A DNA stretch of 64,000 bases. Origin: Antedon mediterranea (taxonomy: Eukaryota; Animalia; Echinodermata). A program made the position numbers and the translations under genes. Numbering within the stretch: the stretch's first letter is position 1; each line of letters starts with the position of its first letter. This document shows, one piece after another, positions 27,134 through 37,902 of the stretch. The stretch spans positions 27,390,288 to 27,454,287 of the forward strand of contig NC_092670.1 of NCBI RefSeq assembly GCF_964355755.1. Reading direction: 5' to 3'. Below the pieces are notes generated by a model. That model searched no databases. It was not told the origin of the DNA and was given only the letters and a program-made list of their open reading frames with translations.

Positions 27134-27809
27134 CAATATATATATATCAATTTTCAAAATAGCATGGGCTTAGATAATATACCATCTTTTTATTATAATG
27201 TTCTAAAGTGTTGTGTTGAATTTAATAATATGAATAATGAAGGTACAATTAACGAGTATGAAGAAGTGATAAAACAAAACTTATGGGGTAATAATGATAT
27301 TAAATATAGAAACAAACCACTATTCTTTAAGAAGTGGATAGATGCAGGTTTTAATCAAATTGGAGATATAATTATTTTCAATCGTCTAATGAAACCTATA
27401 GAAATAATTAAACAATTACGTATTAAGAAAAACTGGATAGCTGAATATGTTTCTCTAACCAGAGCTATTCCAAAAGAGTGGTTAAGTATAATTAAACATA
27501 ATATGCCAAATATGAACCAATATATGAATGTGAATCTGGAATACAATATCAACAATATAATTAAGATGACAACAAAAGATGTTTATTCTAACTTTGTTAA
27601 TAATGTTTTTATTCCCCCGAAAAGCATACTTAAATGGACTAACATATTCAATGAAGATATCAAGTGGTGTGATGTCTGGAAAAGAAAAGTGAAAAACGAA
27701 AAAAATTAAGAAATTTGCACAATTGAATTACAAATTACTAAATAGAGTTGTACCTACAAATCTAAAACTGTATAACTGGAAACTGAAAAATAATAACATA
27801 TGTAACAAT
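27134..27809 (+). mobile_element. Tx1/L1-like LINE 3' fragment, copy 3, frameshifted and cut off at 27809
   Basis: Same 5' junction as copies 1 and 2. An extra A at ~27705 ends the ORF. Similarity stops at ...ATATGTAACAAT, where LTR sequence begins. Confidence 0.88.
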
Positions 27810-28405
27810 CTTACAGTTCACACTTGATTAATTTGTATACACGAGGCTACCATGCTCGTGATAGATCGTCATGTAGTGCGCCCTCTATTTATCATACAAA
27901 ATGGCTGCGCCCATGGATTTGTTATTGTTTATATATTTTACACAAACCTAAGATTATAACTCCTTGATTCAATGAATAGACTAAGTTTAGTATTCAAATA
28001 GTGTGAGTAAATTCCAACATGCATTTATTCTAGTAATATAATAGTAATATTCAGGCACTTATGATGCAATTGTGTAGGTAATTAATTAGGTATTTGTATA
28101 CTCTAACAAAGTATACAGAGGCTGTTTAGGTAGACGTGCCGTTTGACGTAATAGTCGCAGTCCTCAGAGAGAATCCTTTTTATTAGAGTCGCCTGTTAAG
28201 TTGAGGTCGTTACTAAGAATTGGCTTGTATTTTAGAATATTATTTACTTTTGTTTCTCATTGTATTTATTTTGTGGTTTTCAGGACCATACTGATCTCTA
28301 TTGTTATGCTAAAAACAAATTAAAACCAAATACACCACCGGACCGTGGTAAAAGTGAGAAAAGGCGTGTTTTTCCTTTTGTGTTGTCGTCCACATCCTTA
28401 CAATT

Positions 28406-28423
28406 TGGTGTCAGAAGTGGGAT
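28406..28423 (+). promoter_or_regulatory. Primer-binding site complementary to tRNA-Leu 3' end
   Basis: TGGTGTCAGAAGTGGGAT, 3 nt after the LTR end CA, is the reverse complement of ...ATCCCACTTCTGACA-CCA of metazoan tRNA-Leu. Confidence 0.88.
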
Positions 28424-28991
28424 CGTGGATCGTATTTGGCTTTAACATTAGAGATCAGTGATGGCAAGCAAGGCATCGTTGCGAGATGTGCAGAGGACGG
28501 TTGATGAGCTAAGAGCCGAACTAGAAGCAACTAGGCGTGCTGCCCATGGTAATGGAAACACAGTATATGTTCTCCCAGCATTACAAGTAGAGTCACCAGT
28601 CAAAATTGCTAAATTATAGCAGGTATCCTGCTATACTTTATTTGCACAAGTAATTAGCAATGTTTACATAATAGATTAATCAACTGATAACATGTGTACT
28701 ACAAGTTTTTACAACATATCCTAACTTTTTTCAGAAACATATTTTATCACTTTAAACGAGATAAATGTGTTCAGAAGTATTTAAAACATACATATTTATC
28801 TTTGATTTGTAAAAATCTGTCAAATATAACGTATTTTGAAAGTTAGAGATGTATTTAATTTCCTTGGAGCCAAGACCTTAGAAAACAAACGCTGTTCAAT
28901 CTGTTGTCTTTCCCCCACCTACCAGTACAATGCCATGCCCATGCTGTATGCTTTGTATAGAAAATCGTTCAGGCGGAACGATCGACTTCCG

Positions 28992-29205
28992 GTAAAGTTT
29001 AGCAGGCTAACTCTCTCGTGACTCTGGAGAGTTTGCGGACGCAAAGCTCCATTTCCTATTCTCCCAATGTAAAGTTTAGCAGGCTAACTCTCTCGTGACT
29101 CTGGAGAGTTTGCGGACGCAAAGCTCCATTTCCTATCCTCCCAATGTAAAGTTTAGCAGGCTAACTCTCTCTCGTGACTCTAGAGTTTTCCGACGCAAAG
29201 CTCCG
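28992..29205. repeat. 77-bp tandem repeat, about 2.8 copies
   Basis: GTAAAGTTTAGCAGGCTAACTCTCTCGTGACTCT... at 28992, 29069 and 29146. Confidence 0.92.
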
Positions 29206-30903
29206 TACTTCCCCGATTGTTGATGCGTTAGGATGTGATGATGACGCGTCACGTCAACGACGACTGATGAAAGAAACATTTTAAAGCAGGGGTTCCAGTC
29301 GAGTGATCATGCATGTTTTCATGCACTCTGGCAACTAAATTCTACAAAAATACAGTGTTATGGTGAAGATGGGGATCAAAGTTCAATGATTTTCGGAATA
29401 TTAAACAAAACAATCCTTCAAATGACAACAGGCCTAAAGAAAAATAACGTCAACCGCTTGAACAAAGAAAAAGGTACGTATTATTAATATTATTGATTTA
29501 TAACGATGTGTGCACTCTACTACTAGGCTAGAGGCTAGGCCTAGCTAGTAAGTAGGCTAGGCTAGTAGTAGTAGTAGGCCTGGTTTAGGCCTAGCTAGTA
29601 CCGCCTAGACTAGAGCCTAGCTAGGCCTAGCTATAGACTGGCCTCTAGACTCTAGCGGCCTCTACTAACTAGCCTAGTCTAGTCACTGGTCTGTGCTCGT
29701 GTCTATGGCACACAAGGTACCGAGATCGAGTCTGACCTTGGGAAACGAAATAAGATTTTTTTTATTATCCGTATTGTTTGTTCAATTTATTTTTTAGTGT
29801 ATAGATTATAATATACACATAATTTATAATGAAATCTATATAAAATGTAAGTAATGTCTTCATTACTTATGTAACAATGTGGTTTATGACATTATACGCA
29901 GAGGGATCTTTGATCGGATTGTGATACCGGCTATTGTATTCCCGTTAGCAAGATCCTATAATATATCAAAATAATTAAAGATTATGAGAAAATCAATCAA
30001 TCAATATATCTTTTAAAAATTATCTTTATTTAAATCAATGCATAAACCTATAATTCGTCATAATGACGAATTAAATCTAGTTTTACATTTTGATTTGTCA
30101 TTTCAATGTGCTTTTCTAACCATTGGGCTTTTTGCATATAAAAGTTTATATTTCCCACTTGATTCTGTTAATGATCAATTATTACATTTTTTCCCATGCT
30201 TAAATTTGCTGGTACCAAACAGGTTAATTGGTTTAGAAATAAAGAATTCCATTTCTTTTATAATATAGTTTATTTGTAATACAAAAGAATTAGAATTCAT
30301 TGTCTTACAGTACAATCAGCTAAAATGTGCAGGTACCAAATGTTAATTTGTTTAGAAATAACGAATTCCATTTTTTTGTAAATACAAAAGAATTATAATT
30401 CATTGTCTTACTCTTACACTGTACAGTACAATCAGCTAAACTTTATTAGAATATAGAGACATTCCACAGTAAATTGCAATCCTATTGCAACATAAGTTGA
30501 CACATCATAAATTGTTTTACACCAAATTGGAAATTGTATAAAAGTTGTTTTATATTATTGAAAATGCAAATTTTATGTCACAGAATTATATCAATTACCT
30601 ATAATTTTTTAAAATAAACAAATCCTAAAATTTTTTAGTTAGATACTGTATGTTTATAGATGTTCACTTTTTTATGATTTGCATGATCCATTTTGACATA
30701 AACCATATTAACAATAGGCATGGTAATAGGATACATTCCGGCATACAGTTCTGTGAGGAAAATCAATTCAAATGGTTTGGAAATCTTTAAAAATGTTAGT
30801 GTTATTATTTTAGTATGGTGCTGTCTTTGATACTATAGCAAAATATATTTTATTGAAATAGTTACAGCATAGAGCCTTCTGAACCATTTTCAGTTCCTTT
30901 TAA

Positions 30904-31735
30904 AGTCCCACCCATGCCCTACGTTTTTTAGATCTAATTTAAGGGCAAAAACGACATTTAATGTAAAAACAAATACTATTTATGGTCCTATTGCGATAAC
31001 TATTTTTGTCTTTACGGTTAAAAATGTGAAAAATAAGTTGATTCTAATAATATTAGCGGCCTGCTATAATAAGAAAACAAAATCAAAGTAATTATTTAAA
31101 TGTATAGTAATAATAAAAATATTTGGTGCATTTGTTAAATTTAATATTAAAACAAAAAGTTACCAGTTTTAAAGTGTCTTGGCTGCAATCAGCAAAAAAA
31201 AATGTTATAATGTTTGAATATTTGGAGTGAGTGGCCGAGCGGTTAAGACAGTGGAACCGTAATTACGTAGCCATAACATCGGCAGGGTTCGAGGCGCACT
31301 CACTCCATGTTCCTGGTGGTAGAACGAGTCTTCTCGGCTAAGGACTATAAACCGTAGGTCCAGTGTACACATCTAGCTCGTGTGCACTTTAAAGAACCTA
31401 GTACATCTTTCGAGACAAGTAGGGGGTATTAGTACATCACAGCCAATGATCATCAACTGGGCCGTCTGGGAGACCAGTCTTTGACTGAAGAGGTTACCCA
31501 GTATAAATATAAATTTCAATCAATCAATCAATCAATATTAAATATTTATGTACTGCTGTTTTTCTTGGTTGAATCAATGTAGGAAATGAATTAAAGTTAC
31601 TAGTAGTACTAGTATTTTAATTAATTTTTGTTGTATGTTTTTTGTTTGTTACATTACGACAAGGAATGACCTGGTTTAATGTTTTTAAAGTAATATATGC
31701 ATTATAAAACGTCAAAAATTGTAGGGAATGGGTCT
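30904..31735. mobile_element. Probable Kolobok-like non-autonomous element (TTAA TSD)
   Basis: TTAA at 30900-30903 and 31736-31739. Imperfect TIR AGTCCCA[CCCA]TGCCCTAC versus AGACCCATTCCCTAC. Confidence 0.6.
31223..31533 (+). mobile_element. tRNA-derived SINE with Deu/Nin-like central domain and (CAAT)n tail
   Basis: Head with GGAGTGA..TCACTCC stem, A box TGGCCGAGCGG and B box GGTTCGAG. Core TCTCGGCTAAGGACTATAAACCGTAGGTCC...TTAAAGAACC...TTTCG..AGTAGGGG. TSD AATATT at 31217-31222 and 31534-31539. A SINE-free paralog of the site lies at ~32040. Confidence 0.88.
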
Positions 31736-33801
31736 TTAACTAAGTAAGTAATTTATTTAATTTTCTTACTGGCACCAAACACAACAATTCTTTTGTATTG
31801 CACAAAAGAAATCTAATTCTTTTGTGTTTGATTAGTGATTGTTCTGAGTGGTTAATGTCTGATTACCAAATTTTAAAAAGTCATTAAACAATGCAATTTA
31901 AACAGCATTTTATCTCACTTGAAGACAAAATCAACAGTAATGATAAAAAGATTTGGTACATTTGTTAAATTTAAAATTAAAACAAAAGGTTACCAGTTTT
32001 AAAGTGTCTTGGCTGCAATCAGCAAAAAAAAATGTTATAATGTTTGAATGTTAAATATTTATCATATATGTACTGCAGCGCTGTTTTTCTTGGTTGAATC
32101 AATGTAGGAAATGAATTAAAGTTATAAGTACTTGATATTTTAATTATTACAAGTTATATACAGTACTATAGTTAGTAATTATTATTATATACTGTAATAG
32201 CCAGTTGCAAACAGGTGTGAAATAAAATAATTGTTTGTGATTTTTTATCTTTTATTATAGTGAATTAGAAGTTGTGAGGTTATGACTGAATTGCAGACAT
32301 ACTGAACAGGCCTGTGTTTCCAAAATGGTGATGTTTACCGTACTCATTTTCTCAATTTTAGAAATTCATGTGCAGTTGATAGCTTTTTAGAATTGGCATT
32401 TTTCTGTTTGTTTCATAAACTTGTTACAATTCAAAGAAACCCATTTTTGGATCTTGTGTATAAAACTTGTGTGAATCGAAATCTAAACTGTCAATATGCT
32501 GTTCTGAAAGAAGTTTGTGAGCCTGTGTGGAATTGGCTGATCAGTAAAAATAGAAGTTTCTACCCGAAAGGAAGTATCAATACGTCGTTTGAAGAAATAT
32601 TGGATTATATCTCTATTACTGATGACGAGAGGAAACTGTTTTCATTAGGCATTCAAAAGATTTGTGCTTGCAAAACATCTCATACATTGTCATTATGCCC
32701 ATAATTTTAATGTGTAACATCAAGTTGTATTACTTATTCAAACAGTTGTATTAGTTTTAGTAAATTGTGATGTTGCTACTGTTGGTAACTTGCTAATCAA
32801 AGTCTTTATAAGAGAGTTGACACCACTTCTACAGTCCAAGCAGAAGTTGTTGATTATAAATCAATTACTACAGTAGTATTAATTTCTGTATAACTGTCAT
32901 TATATATTTATTAACGGAATATTTTGTTGAATTGTAAAAAAAATGTTTAATTATTGTGTATTTTTATCCTGATATTTACAATCACATGATGTGTTAATTT
33001 CAGTGTGTCTATAGGGGCAATACTCCTTGCATAATTTTAATGTGTCAAGTTGTATTACTTATTCAAACAGTTGTATTAGTTCTAGTAATTTGTGATGTTG
33101 CTGCTGTTGGTAAATAAAATTGATATTCAGTGGAAATAATTTTAATTTCTTATCATTTTTATTGTTGTTATATATTAGGTATTAATTTTTTAAATTTTAT
33201 TATTTACTGAATTGTGCCATGGATAAATAATTATCCGTATTGTTATTTCTCCATGGTATAACAGAATATTTTATTCTGTAAACAGGAAATACTATTGGGA
33301 AACACAGAAAGATAAGCAGGGGGTTAGTGTGATTATTGGAATAGCTAAAATTAAATTTAGAAAAATACTGCGATACAGAGTAACTTTTTAAGTACTGGGT
33401 GGATTTTTTCGCAAAAAAGTATGTAATGATTCTTTTGATTAAATATATTCAAATTAAAATATAGAATATTCATAATATCAATTAAAATAATACGGAAAAT
33501 ATAATCAGCCAAACATTTGTTATCTATCATTTCCCCATACAGGAAGCTGTATGACCTCGAGCGTACTTAATCCTTTTTTTCCACTTTCACTGGTGACTCT
33601 ACTTGTAATGAGAGAAGAAGATGAGACACTTTGTGGGAGCCGAAGGGGAATGTGTAGAGTCCTTTGTTGAAGACGATGGTACTGGGGACGTTTACCCTGA
33701 CTGGCCTGATGATGCTGGCATTGACTCTGAAAATGCTGAAAAGATTCTTCTTGTTGTGAATAATATTAAGTTTGAGGACAAACTCAGCTTAAACAGGGGA
33801 G

Positions 33802-34894
33802 TGTGGGGATTAATCTAATCATGTGATAATTAAATACTGCCCCCTATAGGTGTTACTGCCCCCTATAATTGTAACAGTCTTTTTCAAATGATTTTTTTTC
33901 TTTTGTATTCATGAACCGGTCAAGGAAGCAGATAGTTTTGTCTCTTATTTAATTAAAGATCTGATTAAAAGGTAATTACTCTACTTTATACATATATTAC
34001 TTTGTTATACATTTATAAGATTCTGTTATGTTTAAGAAACATTAATGTTGTATTTTAAGATGATTGCATTCATAGGCCTAGACATTTGTTTTGGGTTAAC
34101 CTTGACTCATGGAATGTGCAGTTAGGAAGCCTATTGAATAGTATTGTGTTACAATCTTTGAACTAGGATTTTATGCCATATAATGTTATAATATACACTT
34201 TTGTGATAAACCTTCTTTGTATTAACAAAATATGTTTAGATAGATTTAGTAATGTTTAGTTTATAGAAGATAGTTTATAGTTAACAGTTTGTATAAAATA
34301 GTTCATCTTACAGTTCACACTTGATTAATCTGTATACACGAGGCTACCATGCTCGTGATAGATCGTCATGTAGTGCGCCCTCTATTTATCATACAAAATG
34401 GCTGCGCCCATGGATTTGTTATTGTTTATATATTTTACACAAACCTAAGATTATAACTCCTTGATTCAATGAATAGACTAAGTTTAGTATTCAAATAGTG
34501 TGAGTAAATTCCAGCATGCATTTATTCTAGTAATATAATAGTAATATTCAGGCACTTATGATGCAATTGTGTAGGTAATTAATTAGGTATTTGTATACTC
34601 TAACAAAGTATACAGAGGCTGTTTAGGTAGACGTGCCGTTTGACGTAATAGTCGCAGTCCTCAGAGAGAATCCTTTTTATTAGAGTCGCCTGTTAAGTTG
34701 AGGTCGTTACTAAGAATTGGCTTGTATTTTAGAATATTATTTACTTTTGTTTCTCATTGTATTTATTTTGTGGTTTTCAGGACCATACTGATCTCTATTG
34801 TTATGCTAAAAACAAATTAAAACCAAATACACCACCGGACCGTGGTAAAAGTGAGAAAAGGCGTGTTTTTCCTTTTGTGTTGTCGTCCACATCC
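33802..34894 (+). repeat. 3' LTR (~1.1 kb) of the tRNA-Leu Gypsy derivative
   Basis: Starts TG directly after the PPT. Its distal 590 bp duplicate 27808-28397. Its last 5 bp are displaced to 37054-37058 by an insertion. Confidence 0.85.
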
Positions 34895-37049
34895 CACACT
34901 CACGTCATATTGCGAATTTTGGACAAAAAGTGTTTTGAGAGCGCTTTTGATTTAAACATTAGCGCGAGCCTATCTTTACCGCTGAGAATTGAATTGAGAA
35001 ACCCGAAGACTTCACGCGAGCGAGACGAACTGACTAAGAACATTATTACTATAGATTTTCACTTCATACACGCTTATTATTGAACAATAGTTAGTATAAA
35101 TAACTGCTAGTTAATTAGAGACATTCGATGTTACTAAGAATACTAAAGAAATTACTTATAATACAAATTTAAAAGATTTATAACGATTCTAGTTTAGGTA
35201 ACATTCGCCCATTAACAATGAAAACAAACAAATCCTGCGTAGGAAATCGCGGAACTCTAAAAAGTTTGTTTTAATATCACGCTAAAATTGTTTCAGAATT
35301 TTTAAATACATATTTGTAAATATTATGTTAAATTTCAATATCTTTACTTTTAATCCTCAAAAAATCAAAATGTTGATATTTTTTAAAAGAATTTTATGAT
35401 CATTTGAAATCGGGTATATTTACTATCGATCGCGCTCCACCGGTGCCCGAGTAGGTGTGTACGCGTCGCTTTTGCAGGCTCTATTCCCAGTAGCGAGTTT
35501 CGGTCGCGCTAACATAAGCAAATGTTTTCTACATTTACATGCATTAGGGGTAAATTATGTTTAATTGTTTTTACCGCATAACAAAATTCCCAAATTTATT
35601 TCTTTTCTTGCCTAACCGTTTCTGTCACCCTAAAATCAAATACTTTAACTGCATAATTTTAAGCGACAATAACATACAAATAGGCCTACTATAATGTGAT
35701 CACTTCTGCGCAATACTTTAAAGTTGTTGTATACAATTGTTTTAAGAATATAAATAAAAACACACAGAAACTAATAAAATGGCAACTAATTGAAAAGTCA
35801 AACTCATTTATTTCATCAATTAAATATTTGAAAAAAATCATATCAAGTAAGGTACTGTGTGTAGGCCTTAAATATGATTACTGTATTTTTTAGTTTTAAT
35901 TTGTATAATGGCCTAGGCCTAATAATATAGTACAACATGTTTATTTCTAAAGGCAAGAATAACAAACAGCTTTATTTATTTACCTTCAATATTAAATCTA
36001 TGAGAAACCTCAATTATGAGAATCATTTAAATTTCTGTCACCGTACATTTCATTATAATGAAAACCTTTAATTTAAAAGACATTTAATTAATAAGAGCTG
36101 GTCAAATTTTTTTGAATGTCAACATGCTGTCCATAAATGGCCGCTTTCAAGTGATGCAAATGTTTTCTGGAGTCAGATCCTATTAAAAATATAGAAATAT
36201 AAAAAGTATGTTAATTTAAATATGTATTTGAAAGATGGGCTAGAGGTATACTGCATGATAAATTAGGCTGAAAAACCTAGCATGTGGTCCTAGGCCTACT
36301 ACAAGGCCTAGCTTAATGTTTTAAATCCCATAAAACGTTTGAATTTAATACAAATCAAGTACAAAATCTAATTTATATAGAGTTGTAAAGTGTGGTACAT
36401 TCAGTACATTAATTAAAATAAATGAGAATGGGGCCTAATATTAATAAATAAACATGTAAAAAAATTGGCCTAAACGACTACGTGTGTATCTTATACGCAT
36501 TGATTAACACGCAGTACGAGTTGGACCATCAAGGCTAGGCCCAGCTTCGCACAAACCACCGTTATACATGTGATTTGTTTACCTATTTCAATCGCCATTT
36601 AAAAAATACCTGAAAATATCAACATGCCCATTTTTTGTCAAACGAATATTTACATTACATAGTAACTTTTTATTTAGTCACTCGTTTACTAAAAAATTGA
36701 GGAATTTTTTTATGGTCTCGTAAAAATGTACAATATTATTATTGATAAAAACCGTATAAAATCTAACAAAAAGAAGAGCAAATTCAATGATTACCTGACA
36801 CGATCATAACTGCTATCCTGTTCCAAAAACCAAGTCACATGCTTCTTCAACCCTTGCTTTAATTATTCTCATGAATTATTCATAAGGAACTATAATTTAA
36901 GGCTTTCAATTGGTTAAAAGAGTTTAACCCCTATTAAAATTTTAAATTCACATCATTTCCGGGTGATGTTGTCGCGCTTCGATGAATCTCAGAAATCACA
37001 AATGACCGCTAGAGGGCTCACTACTTTTTGTCTAGTCTAAATGAATGTG
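34895..37049. mobile_element. Non-autonomous CAC...GTG DNA transposon, 4-bp TSD (Chapaev-like), with RSS-like bipartite ends
   Basis: TSD ATCC at 34891-34894 and 37050-37053, confirmed by the empty site in the 5' LTR (CACATCCTTACA, 28391-28402). Ends CACACTCA and CACATTCA. No long ORF. Confidence 0.87.
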
Positions 37050-37058
37050 ATCCTTACA

Positions 37059-37902
37059 TATGAAATGAATAATAAATCAATGAAAAATAATGCCATGCAA
37101 CTTTGTTTCTGATTTAAAAAAAGTTCACTTGTTTAGGCCTGACATTTTCAAACCTCAAAATATCTCACTTTCAAAAACAATATTTATTTTCAATTAAAAA
37201 AAAAAGAAACAAAATATCCGTAGAGGTTCGAACCCACTAGTGAGAGCACTCAAACTTGAGTATTATCCGTTACGCCACAAACCAGTAGATGACTGAAGAG
37301 CTGATAATACTCTATTTATATGAAATAAATAATAAATCAATGAAAAACAATGCCATGCAACTTTGTTTCTGATTTAAAAAAAAGTCCACTTGTTTAGGCC
37401 TGATATTTACAACCCTCAAAATATCTCACTTTCAAAAACAATATTTATTTTCAATTAAAAAAAAAAATCCCTAGAGGTTCGAATCGACTACTGAGAGCAC
37501 TCAAACCTGAGCATTATCCGTTACGCCCCAAACCAGTAGATGACTGAGGAGCTGATAATAGTCTATTTATATGAAATGAATGATCAATCAATAAAAAAAA
37601 AAAGGCCATGCAACTTTGTTTCTGATTTTAAAAGAGGTCCACTTGTTTAGGCCAGACATTTACAACCCTAAAAATATCTCATTTTCAAAAACAATATTTA
37701 TTTTCATTTAAAAAAAAAAAGCAATATCCCTAGAGGTTGGAACCCGCTACTGAGAGCACTCAAACCTGGGTATTACCCGTTACGCCACAAACCAGTAGAT
37801 AACTGAAGAGCTGATAATAGTCTATTTATATGAAATTAATGACCAATCAATGAAAAATAATGCCATGCAACTTTGTTTCTGATTTTAAAAAAGGTTCATT
37901 TG
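37059..37902. repeat. SatA terminal block (about 3 monomers)
   Basis: The 261-bp monomer resumes at TATGAAATGAAT and stops mid-monomer at AAGGTTCATTTG. Confidence 0.95.

Larger units (their letters stand above)
28579..33610. mobile_element. CACTA/EnSpm-like (CMC) DNA transposon derivative, 22-bp TIR, 2-bp TSD
   Basis: Perfect TIR CATTACAAGTAGAGTCACCAGT at 28579-28600 and its reverse complement ending at 33610. TSD AG at 28577-28578 and 33611-33612. No intact transposase. The family is inferred from the CA(T)TA start and 2-bp TSD. Confidence 0.8.
28461..33818 (+). pseudogene. Gypsy gag N-terminal remnant split by a DNA transposon (28461-28578 + 33613-33818)
   Basis: Removing 28579-33612 restores an in-frame 107-aa ORF: MASKASLRDVQRTVDELRAELE...TVYVLP-EKKMRHFVGAEGECVESFVED... 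Confidence 0.75.
27808..37058 (+). mobile_element. Internally deleted non-autonomous Gypsy-type LTR element (tRNA-Leu primed) with nested insertions
   Basis: Partial 5' LTR at 27808-28402 ends ATCCTTACA and is followed by the PBS and a gag start. PPT AAACAGGGGAG at 33791-33801. The 3' LTR runs 33802-34894 (starts TGTGGGGAT) and is completed by TTACA at 37054-37058. 27808-28397 matches 34305-34894 with about 2 differences seen. Confidence 0.88.

Noticed and set aside
27801-27809. TGTAACAAT as the start of the 5' LTR
   Set aside because: These bases belong to the LINE ORF (ICNN codons). The LTR start defined by the 3' LTR is TGTGGGGAT, which is missing here.
31224-31306. tRNA gene
   Set aside because: It is the head of a SINE, followed by a conserved core, a (CAAT)n tail and a TSD.
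28574-33399. CCCAG...CTGGG EnSpm-type termini
   Set aside because: There is no matching TSD, and the perfect 22-bp TIR pair at 28579/33610 with the AG TSD explains the region and restores the gag frame.
28260-35083. Duplicated ORF MYLFCGFQDH... (28260 and 34757)
   Set aside because: It lies in the LTR U5 region, starts at TTG and runs past the LTR end into different sequence in each copy; it is not a gene.
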